A DNA stretch of 64,000 bases, taken from assembly GCF_009914755.1 (NCBI RefSeq), contig NC_060942.1; one strand, written 5' to 3'. The stretch comes from the human T2T-CHM13v2.0 reference genome, Homo sapiens. A program made the position numbers and the translations under genes. Shown here piece after piece: positions 43,373 to 57,569 of this stretch. Numbering within the stretch: position 1 is the first letter of the stretch; the number at the start of each line of letters is the position of its first letter. The notes beneath the pieces are model-generated. The model worked only from the letters and a program-made list of their open reading frames with translations. It did not search any database and was not told where the DNA came from.

Positions 43373-45251
43373 TGCCTCTTTTACTCCAAACGATGAAAAA
43401 AGGAACTAACAAATGATGCCCTTCCAGAAGAGTGAAGACCTCCTGGCAATGTTCTCTTTAACCCATGATTTAGGTTAAAAGGAGTGGATCAATGTTCCCT
43501 TTCTGACTGATCATGAGGCAACATATGTACCATTACAATTCTCACCTACATTGAGCCTTCATACTTCTATCTATCAAGGCATAAGTTTATCCATGTTTAA
43601 GGCTGGCTGCAGAATCTTTCAAAAATAAAAGTACATACCCCATGAGTTTATAAAACAGATACCCTTTTCACTTCTATTTTTTATAGAGGCATAAACAAAG
43701 GGAAAAAATCAAAGATAAGAGTCTCATGATGGTAAAGAAGTTTTGATCCGTGATCTTGGGGAAAAGCTGTTCACATCAAGATGCCTTCTTCTTCTGGGGA
43801 GAAACTCCCCCAGTTAGATTTACCTTAAGGGTTCCAATGGGTGTATAGTTCCAAGAGCACGGAGGGACTCTTCTCAGTTGTGAGATTATGAACCCAAAGT
43901 TGAAGGTCCCAAAGTATTGCTGCAGTGTGGATGTCAAGGGCAGTCTTTCTCTAATGTTCTCAGAAGATCCAATCTTTGGGTTCTAGATTATGAAGGGGTT
44001 GATTGCCCTCAGTTAGTGAACCATGAAAAACTTTCTTTACCCAGTGAAAATACCCTGTGGCATAAAAAGATACTATTATAACATCAGCCCCTTTACATGG
44101 GAAAGCTTTTATACAATGAGAAAACATGCATTGAAAATGACAATTGAATGAAATCTCTCTACAAATGTTTAAATGGCCCATCAGGTAGCAGAATGTACTT
44201 GAAGTTTTGATTGTATTCCCAGGAATATGGGTTTGACAAACCAAACATTGGTCATAAACTATTTTAACAATTTAGAAGTCACCATCCCAATATATATTTT
44301 ATTTAAATAATTTTATCTTTTCCACCATGAGTCATGGAATGCAACATTTTAATAACAAAAGGTTTATGGACTCAGAAAGGACAAAGTGGCTGTCCTGGTT
44401 CTCCATAAGTCCATGCTTAATGTTGAACTTACATGCTCTTGAATAGCATTTTTTTACTCCAATTTAGGTCCATAGCACTGATAACTGATGGGCTCTCATA
44501 GGTAATTTGACTTAGACCATGCAATTCATTCAAATTGTATATCTAAACAATTTCAGTATTGGCTGATATAGCATGGAAATCTGGCAAAATATTTTCGTGG
44601 TATTCAATTAATTTTTGTTCTGCTTGGGTTAGCAGTTTTATAAACCAGTGAGTCTTTTCATTAAAGTTATTCTTATCCAGTCCAAATGATGTGATTCTAA
44701 AGTTATCAGAAACCTGTATTCAAGTGTTTTTCAGGATTCTTTCCATTCTTTCATGAACTTCCTTAAAGATACTGTATTCTAGGACTTTGTGTGCTTGTGA
44801 AGTTTTCAGAACTGTGGAAATAACTTTAAGCAATCATAGTTAAAGACACGATTGACAAGAAAATTTGGTTATTTTTGTGATCTGCGATAACTTAACATAA
44901 TAATCATTATTATGATTGATGGCATATACTCAGACATACTAGAATTTTAGAAGTGCCGTACGATTTTGGAGCATATATTAATAACATTCATTAAAATATA
45001 ACCTGAAGAAAGTTAAACATTATTTCTGCCTTTGACAATGCTTCCCATGTAACTTAACAAGTCAAATAATTCTGTTTACCTCTCTTTTGTATGCTTCAGG
45101 GGCCATCTGTAGCATCCCAAAGTTAGAGGTTCAAAAAGACTGAATTTTGAAGCTGAAATTTGATTTTGGGAAGCCTGGCAAATATATTAAAGGTTTAAAA
45201 CACTTGACCAAAACAGGATCACAGTCTTTGTAAAACAATAGTTTATTCATT

Positions 45252-45600
45252 TGATGTGGTTAGGCTTTGTGTCCCCACTCAAATCTCATCTTGAATTGTA
45301 ACCCCCACGTGTTGATGAAGGGAAGTGATTGAATTATGGGAGTGGTTTCTCCCATGCTGTTCTGGTGATAGTGAGTGAATTCTTGCAAGATCTGATGGTT
45401 TTATAAATGGTAGTGTTTTTGCACTCTCACACACTCTCCTTTACCTGCCACCATGTAAGACATACCTGTTTCCCCTTCTGCCATGATTGTAAGTTTCCTG
45501 AGGCTTCTCCAGCCACACAGAATTGTGAGTCAGTTAAACCTCTTTTCTTTGTAAATTTCCCAGGCAGTTCTTTATAGCAGTGTGAAAATGGACTGATACA
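45252..45600 (+). mobile_element. THE1D-like MaLR solo LTR nested in the ERV internal region
   Basis: tgatgtggttaggctttgtgtcccc...ggactgataca. Perfect 5-bp TSD tcatt. Confidence 0.9.
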
Positions 45601-47115
45601 TCATTTAGGCAAAGTAATAATTATAAGATTTTTAAAAGCAAAAACCAGTACTTTTTGATAAAGGAGACTCAGTTTTCTAAGCCATCAAAAGACCTGAATA
45701 GGTGGTCTGGATAGGTGGCCATGATGATATGTGGATAAGTGACAGCATAAGACAGAATCCGTCTCTTTTTTCCTGTCTCCTATTTCTTTTTCTGTTTGCC
45801 ATTTACTCAAAAAGTGAATGAAAATATTTTACTGTGTCTCATTAATGCTACACAAAATTTTTCTATTAGTGTATTATTTTTGTATTAGTGTATGATTTAC
45901 TTTTAGTGTAAAATTTACTTTTGTATTAGTGTATTATTAATACTAACACTGACTTTAATAAAATCTCATAAATAAATTCAAGTCACTTTTTAACCACACA
46001 ATTTCCATAAACACTTCATTTTATGTTGTTCTCCAATTTTCTATGTTTTATCTATCTTTTTCCTTCTTCAATTTGAAAACTTTTAGTAACTTTAAACCAG
46101 ACAACATTTGTAACACATATTTCTATGCTTTTATAACTTTCTTCATCAAATGCATATTTTGCTTTTGTTTATACTCTCTGTATACAGAATTGTTTCTTTC
46201 ATAGTTTTTAACTTTTAGTAACCCTAATTTCTAGTGAAAACCCTAGAAAGTAATTTTGAACTGTTTTATATAAGTATTGGTAGATAAAAACTATTTTATA
46301 ATTTTTTTAGAAAAATTGCTCTTCAAATTATTATTAACAGATCTAAATATATTTAGCTTTCTCATACCATATGAAAATAATGTGTCATTGTATACTGACA
46401 CTCATGTTTAATAATTAATATTTCAGTATCTTAACTTACAGATGACTCAGACACTTTATATATTACTTAATTTAACATACATGAGTCTAAGATTTTAAAT
46501 TAATGGAAAGAATTTGGAAACTGTAACACAAGTAGCATTCCTAATGTCTTCCCTCAGTTACTCTAGGTCCCAAGTAGCCATGTAGCACCCAGGAGGAACT
46601 TGCAGGCCAGGGCCTGTCTGAGTCCATCAGGACAGAAGACAAAGCAGTAAAGACTATACCTGGAGGACCCAACTCCTCCCAGAATAGATAGGAAGCAAAA
46701 CAGGGAAAGCAGAGGAAGAAGGGGGCCATATAGGGCTTGATTCTGGCCTGTAGCTGCTGGTCTATGCACTAAGAACATGTCTCCAGACCTCATCATGACT
46801 GCCTATCTAGACCCCTGAATCCAGAGACTCTAAACCAAAGACATAAGCTCACGGTCAAATCAAGCAAGAATCTAATTATATTTCACTGATAATTTTGAAA
46901 CCATTTCTATTTTATCAACAATTTCAAAACTAAATTTATTTACCAAATATCACATATACATAACACATGGAGACATACAAACATAAGAAACAGATCTTAT
47001 AGTTCTCATAAAGGATTTTCATTTGATGGCTTTTAAACTTTTTTTTTCTTTTCCGCATTTGGTCTATCAGTCTTCCAATTATTGGTTTTATTGCCCTAAG
47101 CAATTGTTAACTAGG

Positions 47116-47663
47116 TGTGATGGTTAATATTGAGTGCCAACTTGATTGAAGGATGCAAAGTATTGTTCCTGGGTGTGTCTGTGAGGGTGTTGCCAGAGGA
47201 GATTAACATTTGAGTCAGTAGACTGGGAGAAGCAGACCCACCCACCAGCTGAGTGGGTACCATCTATTCAGCTGCCAGTGTGGCTAGAATAAAGCAGGCA
47301 GAAGAACATGGAAAGACCAGACTTGCTGAGTCTTCTGGCCTTCATCTTTCTCCCATACTGGATGCTTCCTACTCTTGAACATCAGACTCCAAGTTCTTCA
47401 GCTTTTGGACACTTGGACTTACACTAATGATTCGCCAGAGGCCCTTGGGCCTTCAGCCATGACTGAAGTCTGCACTGTCTGTCTGCTTCCCTACTTTTGC
47501 AGTTTGGGGACTCAGATTGACTTCCTTGCTTCTCAGCTTGAAGATGGACTATTGTGGGACTTCACCTTGTGATCATGTGAGTCAATGAGCCTTAATAAAA
47601 CTCTCCTTCATGTATACATCTATCCTATTAGTTTTGTCCCTCTAGAGAACCCTGACTAATACA
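47116..47663 (+). mobile_element. MLT2A2-like ERVL solo LTR nested in the ERV internal region
   Basis: tgtgatggttaatattgagtg...ccctgactaataca. TSD ctagg/ttagg. Confidence 0.9.
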
Positions 47664-48754
47664 TTAGGCAACCAATTTGTATTTCTAAAGGGATAACTTT
47701 TAGTTGGAACAAAAATAATGTATATTTCATAAGCACAGAGCTAATGAAATATGATATTGTATCATCATTTGCTCAAACCAAGGAGAAAAAAAAAAAAAAC
47801 GTCACTTAACACATCATGGCCAGGAAAACATGTTAAATAAAGGTATCACTTATTACATAACTTTTAAAGAATGGTAAGAGGTTCTACAGTACATGGGCAG
47901 ATATCTTTAGAAATGGAGATTGCCTTTATAGATGTAAATTTCTTTTACAAAAGAGTTTTTCAGGATAGCCAATTAAATTCCAGAAAGGTGTGTTTTAGTT
48001 CAATGGGTGTTCTTTTTAACATAGCTACTGCTGTTTCTTAGCTAAAATTACTGAGTTCAGAGTGATAGGTGAAGTCTATTTAAGAACACGGTGAACAAAG
48101 CATTGTATGCCTGGACTCAGCATGGGTAGATCTGAAAAAGAAGCAAGCCTATTTCACCTAAGGGCTTACCTTTTATAAACACCTATATCCGCCTTTGGGG
48201 TAGTATAGTAACTAAGCCAAAAGGTTAGCATATTTAATTTTTTAAATCGGTTAGTCAGCTTTTTATATGCCTTTTGTAAAGTCTTTAAATGAACATATTG
48301 AATTATTTTTAGAAGCTTCTGCTGCAGTGTTGTTCATTTGGAACATTCCACTGGTAGTTACCTTTAGTAAGATTTTGCCATTTCTAGAAGACTTTGCTGC
48401 TTCTGGGGCCTAATACTTATGCATATATAAACTGGAAGGAGCTCAGTTCTTCAGAAATTAAGAATCCCATTTTTACTTCAAATATTGGTTTTGTCTCTCA
48501 GGCTCCCTTGATCAACTAGCCAGTCCGATCCTGGACACAGTCCAGTTTCTATTGCAACTTTTAAACGCAATTTGGATCAGACATTTGCTCAAAGAAACTC
48601 AGAGAGTTCAAAACACAAATCTTTGGAGGTTTGGAATCTGAGAGAGAACTTACTGCAATCCCCAGCTGCTCTGAGAGAGCAATGGACACATTGGGCCCAG
48701 TGGGTACCTCACTTGGTCGCTCAGAACTGGGGGTTGTTAGAAGCTCTACTTCAG

Positions 48755-48772
48755 ATCCCATTCCTGACACCA
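48755..48772 (-). other. Primer binding site, tRNA-Leu type
   Basis: The minus strand TGGTGTCAGGAATGGGAT is one mismatch from the tRNA-Leu PBS TGGTGTCAGGAGTGGGAT and lies 6 nt inside the 5' LTR. Confidence 0.8.
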
Positions 48773-48778
48773 TTAAAA

Positions 48779-49210
48779 TGTTAAAATAAAATAAAATAAA
48801 AACTTTAAAATAAAATACAAACTTTAGCCAAATTCAGAGTTTAATTGAGCAAAGAATGATAATCAAGGAAGACTGAATCAAGCAGTCTCCTGAGCCAGAG
48901 TAGTCTCAGAGACTCCAGCGCAGCCATGTGGTGGAAGATGACTTATGAACAGAAAAAGAAAGTGACATACGGAAAAGGAAGTGACATACAGAAACAGCCA
49001 GATTGTTTACAGTTCGATGTTTGCCTTATTTGAACGTAGTATGAACAGTTGGCCACCTTTAATTGGCCAAAACTTGGTGATTGGCACAAGGGTAGACTAC
49101 AGTCTATATACAACTCCATTTAGGTTATATAGGTCACAATATACAGAGAAATTTTTAGGCTGAACTTAAAATACATAAAGAGGTAGCTTTAGGCTAAACT
49201 TGATTTAACA
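48779..49210 (-). mobile_element. 5' LTR of the MER57-type provirus
   Basis: tgttaa...ttaaca termini, colinear with 41959-42358 plus an A-rich expansion near 48781-48822. Confidence 0.88.
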
Positions 49211-49404
49211 CCCAGTGTCTACTACAAAGTTGAAAGAGAGGAGTGGGGATGATGTGATATGGCTGGGATTGAGGCTGAGAAAGCAGACAGACTGTAGAGG
49301 TACACTGGCTTCTCCAGAGCTTGGTATCCTTATGCCTGGAGTTGGCAAATCTAGAAAACAAAACCAGGCCAGGTTTCTGGGGAGTTTTGTAGCGAGAGGT
49401 AACA

Positions 49405-49600
49405 ACATTGCTAATAATGATCATTAACATTTATTGCAAATTTTCTATGTTCCAGGCAGTATGTTAAGACCATAATTTTCATTCTAATCTTGAACCTGTG
49501 CTGTATGAACTAGTGTTATCTTTATTTACATCAGGGGAATGTGGCATATAAGGAGTCTGAGACTATTATCAAGGGCACATAGAAAGCTGGTGTCTGAGAC
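49405..49600 (-). mobile_element. MIR
   Basis: taacattttattg...ctatgttccaggcagtatgttaag...tcaagggcacatag. Confidence 0.6.
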
Positions 49601-51173
49601 TTATCTTCAGCAGGAAGGCAATAGGAAAAGTTAAAGTCAGATTGTGAGACCTGAGACCAGTGTCCAGAAATTCTAGACAAGCAAAGTTCATAGACAGAGG
49701 CCACACTCATCTAATGCCTGCTGTTCAGTAGAAGTGGAAAGGCATGACAAGAATACAATTCCTGTGTGCAGACAGGAATAAACAGTTAGAATTTAAGGTT
49801 TCAGGGAGGCCAGCCTGGGTGAAATAAAAAGAAAAGAGTTTAGAATGAACAACTGGTCTCAGATTGGGCAGCTGATTCAAGCACAATCAATACTTAGCTG
49901 ATTATCCTGGAAGTGCTGCCTGATCTCTGCCCTCTCAATGTGAATGAAGAATGTGAGTGCATGCAGCTGCTACCAGAGAAAAAGAGGATTATCCAGACGT
50001 AGTGTAGTGAAGGAGTAGTGGATGTGTGTATATATGCATATATATTGGTTTTACATTTTTTATCAACTAAAAAAGTTTATACTTCATCAGATTACTTTCT
50101 TTCTTATCTTTTTTTTAAAAATCAAATGTCCTTTTTCTATTCTTGAATCCCATCCATGACACCACATTTAATTGTCATGGTGCCGGAAGGGCCTTGTGCC
50201 TGTGACAATTTTGGAAACTTATGATTTGATGACCTTGACAGTTTTGAGGACTATTGGTCAGGTATTTCGTAGAATTTCCCTTGATTGGTATTTGTCTGGT
50301 ATTTTTTTCTCATGATTACATGAAGTTATGGGTTTTGGGGAGAAAAACCATGAAGGTAATGTGTCATTTTCATCCAAATCATATCTAGGGTACAACCTAT
50401 CAACATGACATCATGTCCAGTGTTATGTTTATCAAGTTTTCTACTGCAAACTTACACTTTTCCTCCCATTTCCACAGTCTACTCTTGAAAAGGAAGTAAT
50501 TATGAACAGCCACACTTAAAAAGTGGAGAATTATGCTCTAACTCTTTGAGGGTGAAATGTCTACCTAATTTTTTTTATAATTCTTCTACATGGGAGATTT
50601 GTTTCATCTTCCCTATTTATTTATTTGTTTGTTCAATAATTTGTTTATTCCAGTATTGACTCATGAGTGTTTAGTCTATGCTCTCGATTATAATCCAACA
50701 GTGCTTTATTTGTTTTGTTACTCAAGTTGTTTCAACTTTGGCCATTGGGAGCTCTTTTACATATGTGTCTCTTTGACATACCCCCATTGTTGTGTTTTTC
50801 TTTTACTTTTCTTATTAGGACTTACTTATTTTCTAGCATCACAAGATGGTATATTACCAGCTCCAGTCCTACATTCAGCCACTTCTCCAAGGAGACCTGA
50901 TTCCTTTCATTGCTACTGGAGGGTCATTTCATCTAGGACCTCTCAGCTAACAGGGAAGGAAATAGATGTATATAGACTAATCTATATACATAAATTTATC
51001 TATAAATATTTCTATATATAAGCATTTACAGCTATATTGAGCTAAACATAAGTTCATACTGATTCTCCAACTGTAATCCATTACCATTTGGACCATTCTA
51101 ACCCCTTAACTTGCTTATCTGTAACCTCCAACTCCAGTGAAAGTCTTGGTTCCCACCACTTATTATCCATTTG

Positions 51174-51521
51174 CAGGTTGAGTATCTCTTGTCTGAAATG
51201 CTTGGGAAAATAAGTGTGTAGGATTTCAAAATTTTTTGGATTTTGGAATATTTGCATATATAATAAGATAATAAGATATTTTGAGGATGGGAACCAAGTC
51301 TAAACACAAAATTCATGTATGTTTCATATTCATTTTATGCACATAGACTAAAGTAAATTTTATACTTTATTTTTAAATAATTTTGTGCATGAAAAAAGTT
51401 TTTAAGTACTTATATGTGTAATTTTCTACTTCTGGTGTCATGTCCTTATGCCATGCTCAAAAAGTTTCAGATTTTAGAACATTTCTGAATTTGCATTTAT
51501 GGATTAGAGATGCTTGACCTA
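51174..51521. mobile_element. Tigger4b/Zombi-like DNA transposon MITE
   Basis: TIRs caggttgagtatctc... / ...gagatgcttgaccta and the internal gatgggaaccaagtctaaacacaaaattcat. Confidence 0.8.
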
Positions 51522-52537
51522 CATTACATTCTTGAATTTCAGCATACGTGGGCAGTGATTTCATAACTGTAAAGCCATACATCCATTGGAAACAATGTTA
51601 TTATCTGATTACGGTGCATATTTTCAGTGCTTTTTTTCTCTGATCTTAGAAATACTCGGGTCTGCACCTTTTTCTCCCATCCCCTTCAGTGAGACTGTTT
51701 CATACATTTGTAACACAGATTCTTTTATCACATTATGTCTTCTCTTTGATTCTCAAAATTCCTAAGTGATTGTTCTTAAATATATATGCATTAAGGAACA
51801 CATTTTGTGTTATAAACTTCTGAGTTTTGGTCTACACAAAGTGTCATCTATAAACCATGATATTACAAGTATTATACAGAATAGCTGGATCATCCCAAAA
51901 AGTCCACTGTGCTTCCCCTGCCTAGCCCCTCTCCACTAAACCCCTGGCAACCACTTACCTGTTGATGATCTTTACAGTTTTGTCTTTTCCAGAATGTCAT
52001 ATAATTGGAATAATAAAGCTTTTCAAATTGGCTTTTCTCACTTAGCAATGTGCATTTAAGATTTATCCATGTATTTTCAAGGTTTGGTAGCTTATTTGTT
52101 TTTATCTCTGATTAATACTTTATTGTGTGGATGTAGTACTGTTTTGTTTATTCATTCATCTATTGAGGGATTGCTTCCAGTTTTTGGCAATTATGAATAA
52201 AGCTGCTGTAATTATCCATGTGCAGGTTTTGGTATAGATATAAATTTTAAAATCAGTTGGGTAAATACCTAAGAATGGATTTGCTTGATCCCATAGTAAG
52301 TCTTTGTTTAGTTTTCTGAAAAACTGCAAAACTTCTTCCACTCTTCATTCCTATCAGCAAATGAGAATTTCTTTTGCTCTGCATCCTGACAGGAATTGGA
52401 ATCATCAGTGTTTTGGATTTTAGCCATTCAAATACATGAGTAGCTATGTCTCATTTATGTTTTAATTTGCAATTCTCTAATGAAAGACACTGTTGAGCAT
52501 CTTTTCATGTGCTCGTTTTCCACTTGCATATCTTTGA

Positions 52538-52850
52538 TTTTGTTGTTGTTGTTGTTGTTGTTGTCTTGAGATGGGGTCTCACTCCATTGTGCAGGCCGAT
52601 GTGCAGTGGCATGATCATGGCCCACTGCAGCTTTGGCCTCCTGGGCTCGGGTGATCCTCCCACCTCAGCCTCCCCAAGGAGCTGGAACCACAGGCATAAG
52701 CCACCATTCTTGGCTACTTTTTAAAATTTTTTGTAGAGACCAGGTCTCGCTATGTTGCCCAAGCTGGTCTAGAACTACTGGACTCAAGTGATCCTCCTGC
52801 CTCAATCTCCCAAAGTGCTGGGACTGTAGGTACACACCACAACACCCAGC
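52538..52850 (-). mobile_element. AluJ with a (GTT)n tail
   Basis: J-type diagnostics (gatcatggcccactgcagc, gatcctcccacctcagcc, gtctcgctatgttgccc). Confidence 0.9.
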
Positions 52851-55800
52851 TTGCAAACCTTCTTGAGTAAGATATCTATTCAGATATTTTGTTTGTTTTA
52901 AAATTAGCTCTTTTGTTTATTATTAATACAATTTAGGAGATTTTAAGTAATATTTTTTGTCAAGTTAAAAAATATTTCGATTAGTCATTTACCAGATATT
53001 ATGTTTGCAAATATTTTGTCCCAGTCTGTTTTCCTATCTTTTCATTCTTCCAACAGTGTCTTTTGAAGAGTAGAATTTTAATTTTTATAAAGTTAGCCTA
53101 TTAATTTTTTTCTCTCATGAATTTGTTTTTGGTATTGGATCTAATATCTTATCACCAAACTCAAAGTCGTATAGATTTGTCCTGTGTTAATTTTTTAGAA
53201 GCTTTATAGTTTTACATTTTACTTGTAGGTCTAATAACTATTTTGAGTTATTTTTGTGAATGGTGCAATTCCTTTGTCTAGATTTCATTTTAATATGAAT
53301 ATCCAATTGTCCCAGCACCATTTCTTGAAAAGACTATCCTTTCCCCATTGAATTGCCTTTGCATCTTTGTCAAAGATCAGTTGACTTTATTTGTGTGAGC
53401 ATATTTCTAGGATCTCTATTATGTTACATTGATCTATTTGTCTGTTTTTTCATGAATGCCACACTGTCTTGATTAATAGCTTTATATTAAGTCTTACATT
53501 CTGGTAGTTTCAGTCCTCTGATTTTGTTTTACTTTTTCAGTATTTTGTTGGCTTAATTATGGGTCTTTTGCCCTTCCATATAAACATTAAAATCAGTTTG
53601 TGAATATCCACAAAATAACTTGCTGAGATTTTGATAGGAATTTAATGGAATCTATAGATCAAGTTGGAAAGAATTAATGTCTTAATAATATTGAGACAAT
53701 GAATTTATGAACACAGAATAAATTCATTTATTTAGTTCTTTGATTTCTTTTATCAGTGTGTTGAAAATTTTCTGCATATAGACCTGCATATTTTGTTCAT
53801 TTTATACTTAAGTATTTTATTTATCTTGGTGATATTGTAAATGATACTTTCTTTTACATTTCAAATTGCAGTTTGCCATTGGACAGCAGTTAATTTTATA
53901 TAATAATCTTTTATCAACTTTCTAAACTCACTTTTTAGTTCCTTTTTTTGTTGTTGTTGATTCTTTAGGATTTACTATATAGGCAACAATGTCATCTGTA
54001 AATAAAGACAGATTTATTTATTCATTTTCAATTTGTATACCTTGTATTTCTTTTTCTTGCCTTATTACATTAGATAGGACTTCTATATGATGTTGAAAAG
54101 GACTGGTGAGAGAGGACATCCTTGCTTTGTTCTCAATATTAGGGGGAAAGTATCCGGTGTCATTATTAAATTTTTTTACCTATAGTTTTTGTAGATGTTC
54201 TTTATTAAGTTGAGGAAGTCCTTCTCTAGTTCTAGTTTGCTGAGAATCTTTAACATGGATGTTGGATTTTGGTCAAATGCCTTTTGGGTATCAGTTGCTA
54301 TGATCATATGATTTGTCTTCTTTAGCCTGTTGATATGTTGGATTGTTTTGATTTATTTTCAAATGTTGAGCCAGCCTTGCATATCTGGAATAAATTCTAC
54401 TTGATCTTGATTTATATGGTTAGATTCAAATTGCTACTATTTTGTTGAGAATTTTATATATATGTTTATGTGAGATATTAGTCTGAAATTTTCTTTTCTT
54501 GTAATGTCTTTCTCTGCTTTGGGCATTAGGGTAATCATGAACTCATGAATTGAGTTCTACCTCCTGGAAAGATTTTAGAGAACTGACATCATTTCTTCTT
54601 GGAAAGTTTGCTGTAATTTACCAATGGAATAATTATTGATTAATTTCATTAATAAATATAGTGCTACTCAGGTTATTTATATTCCCTGGTTTAATTTGTG
54701 GTAGTTTGTGTGTTCTATGTAATTGGTACATATCATATAATTTTTTAAATTGTGAACACAGTGTTACTTGTGCTATTTCTTTAAGCATTTTTCGTTTCAT
54801 TTCTGGTGAAAGGTTATGTCTCCTGTTTTTCTCTCTCTTCCACACTTCCTCTCTCTCTCTCTCCCTTCCCTTCTTCCTGGTTAGCCTTACTATAAATGTG
54901 TTCATTTTATTGATGAAGAATCAATTTTTAGTCTTATTGCTTTTCTCTATTGTTTTTCTGTCTTCAATTTTATTCATTTCTGCTTTAACTTTTATTCTTT
55001 ACTTCTGCTTGATATAGGCATATATTGCTCTTATTTTTCTAGTTTCCTGAAGTGAGCGCCTCTGTTATTAATTTTAGATCACATTTTCTTTCTAATGTAT
55101 GCATTTAATGTTATAAATTTCACTTTTAGAACAGTTTCAGTGTATATCCCAAATTTTGATTAGTATTTTATGTTCATTTAATTTAAAATATGTTTACATT
55201 CCGCTTGATACTTGTTCTTGACCTATGTGTTATTTAGAAATGTAGAAGTGTTCATTATTAATACAATTTAGGAGTGTGTAGAATACAATAATACAATGTA
55301 GAAGTGTGTTGTTGAATTTCTAAATATTTGGGTATTTTCTAGTTATTTTTCTGTAATTGACTTCTGGTTAGTTTCATGAAAAATACACATTAATACATTG
55401 TATAGTTTTTATTCTTTAAATTTGTGAAGCTGTGTTTTGTAGTCCAGAATGTGATCATCTATCCTGGTGAGTGCTCCATGTGAACTTAGAAAATGTACAT
55501 ATTTTTGCTGTTGAATTATTCTTGAATGTTTTTTAGATCTAGCTGATTAATGATGCTGTTCAATTTAATTCTATCCTTCCTGATTTTCTGCCAGCTTTAT
55601 CTATTGAAATAGAGTGTTGAAGTCTCCAGATATAATAGTAAATTTCTCTAGTCCTCTTTTCAGATCCATCAGTTTTTATTTTCAGTATTTTGCTGCTCTG
55701 TTGTTAGGTGCATGCACATCTAAAGTTGTGACTTCTTAAAGAATAGATTTGTTATCAAAGAAAGATGTTAAGCTTTCTCTGTTTCTCATATTTTCTATGT

Positions 55801-57569
55801 TCTGAAGTTATATATACTCTTGTTTTTTAAATTATTGTTTTAATTATGGTTTTTTTTAATACTATGTATAATTATTTCATCATTATTTATTATGGTGCAT
55901 TTTTATCTTTTTATTTGTAACTTATTTGATTATTTATATTTAATGTAGGCTTCTTGTACACAATATACGTTTGGGTCTGTTTGCTTTTTTGTTTTTGTTT
56001 TTTACTTAATTCACACTGACAATAGCTGTCTTTTAATGAATACATTTGTACCCACATTTAAAGTAATATTAACGTGGTTGTAATAATAGACATTCCCCTT
56101 TTAACTGGTTTATATTTATCGTATTTGTTCTCTTGGGTTTTTTCCCCACCTTTTTCTGCCTTCTCTGGTTTTAATTGAATATTTTCTGAAATCATTTTCT
56201 TTTCTTTTTTAGTAAATCAATTAAACATCTTTAAAAATATATATAGTGGTTGCTCTAGAGTTTACAATATACATTTATAACTGCTCTAAATCCTCTTTCC
56301 AATAACACTATGATGTTTTACATGTACGTGGGTTCCTTCTAAGAGAGTGTTCGCAATTTCTCCCTTACATTCCTTGTGATATTGCTGTCATTCACTTCAC
56401 TGATACATGTGTAATAATCTTTTTCTCTTAAGACTGTGAATTGTTTTTTTGTGTTTTAGCATGCTGTTTAATTTTTTTGTTGAAAACTAGACATGTATTG
56501 ACTAAGAGAAACTGACTGAAGTTAATAGGTTTTTAATGAGATAACTTGTGTTACACTGCTGTGTTAACATTTGCTATAGGTGGATGTACTAGCATCTTCA
56601 AATTCCTCTTGTGAATTTGTTTTCATTTCTCCTTTTGACTTTGGCTTCCCTAAGTACTCCTCCTCAGAGGAAGTCTGCGTCTTGTGCCTCTTTCATATAT
56701 AATTCACTGTTACTATATTAGAGCTCTGTTGATTTGGAGGAAAGGTGTGAGGGAGGAGGAGCATTCTATAACTTTCTGATTAGATCTTAATCTCTAAATG
56801 TCCTACATCTCTGAGCTGAGCTTCATAAATGTATTTTTTTCACTAAGAATAACATTTCCTGGCTGGATCTGGCCAAATGGCCAAATAGGAATAGCTCCAG
56901 TCTGCAGCTCCCAGTGAGACCAATGCAGAAGGCGGGTGATTTCTGCATTTCTAACTGAGGTACCCTGTTCATCTCATTGGGACTGGTTAGGCAGTGGGTG
57001 CAGCCCACGGAGGGTGAGCAGAAGCAGGGTGGGGCGTCGCATCACCCAGGAAGCGCAAAGAGCAGGGGGCCTCCCTTTCCTAGCCAAGGGGAGCCATGAG
57101 GGACTCTGCTATCCAGTCCAGATACTATACTTTTATCACAGTTTTTCCAGTCTTCAGATCAGATTCCCTTGTGTGCCTACACCACCAGGGCCCTGGGTTT
57201 CAAGCACAAAACTGGGTGGCTGTTCGGGCAGACACTGAGCTAGCTGCAGGGTTTTTTTTGTTTTTTTTTTCATCCCCAGTGGTGCCTGGAACTCCAGTGA
57301 GACAGAACTGTTTACTCCTCTGGAAAGAGGAAGGAGCAGGCAGCAATCTTTGCTGTTCTGCAGCCTCAGCTGGTGATATCCAGGCAAATAGGGTCCAGAG
57401 TGGAGCACCAGCAAACTCCACCAGACCTGCAGAAGAGGTGCCTGACTGTTAGAAGGAAAACTAACAAACGGAAAGCAATAACATCAACATCAACGAAAAG
57501 AACACCTATGCAAAAACCCCATCCAGGGTTCATCAGCATCAATGATCAAAGGTAAATAAATCCGTGAAG

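Larger units (their letters stand above)
41959..49210 (-). mobile_element. MER57-type (MER4-group ERV1) provirus, LTR-int-LTR
   Basis: Two homologous LTRs (41959-42358 and 48779-49210), 4-bp TSD ccca (41955-41958 and 49211-49214), PPT, PBS and an env remnant. Confidence 0.9.
50100..56844 (-). mobile_element. Old L1MC/L1MD element (3'UTR, ORF2, partial 5' region), host to Tigger, AluJ and L1PA7
   Basis: Long antisense ORF2 homology (tgtcccagcaccatttcttgaaaagact, atgtcatctgtaaataaagac, gtgttgaagtctcca) and an L1MC/MD-type 3'UTR. Confidence 0.85.
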
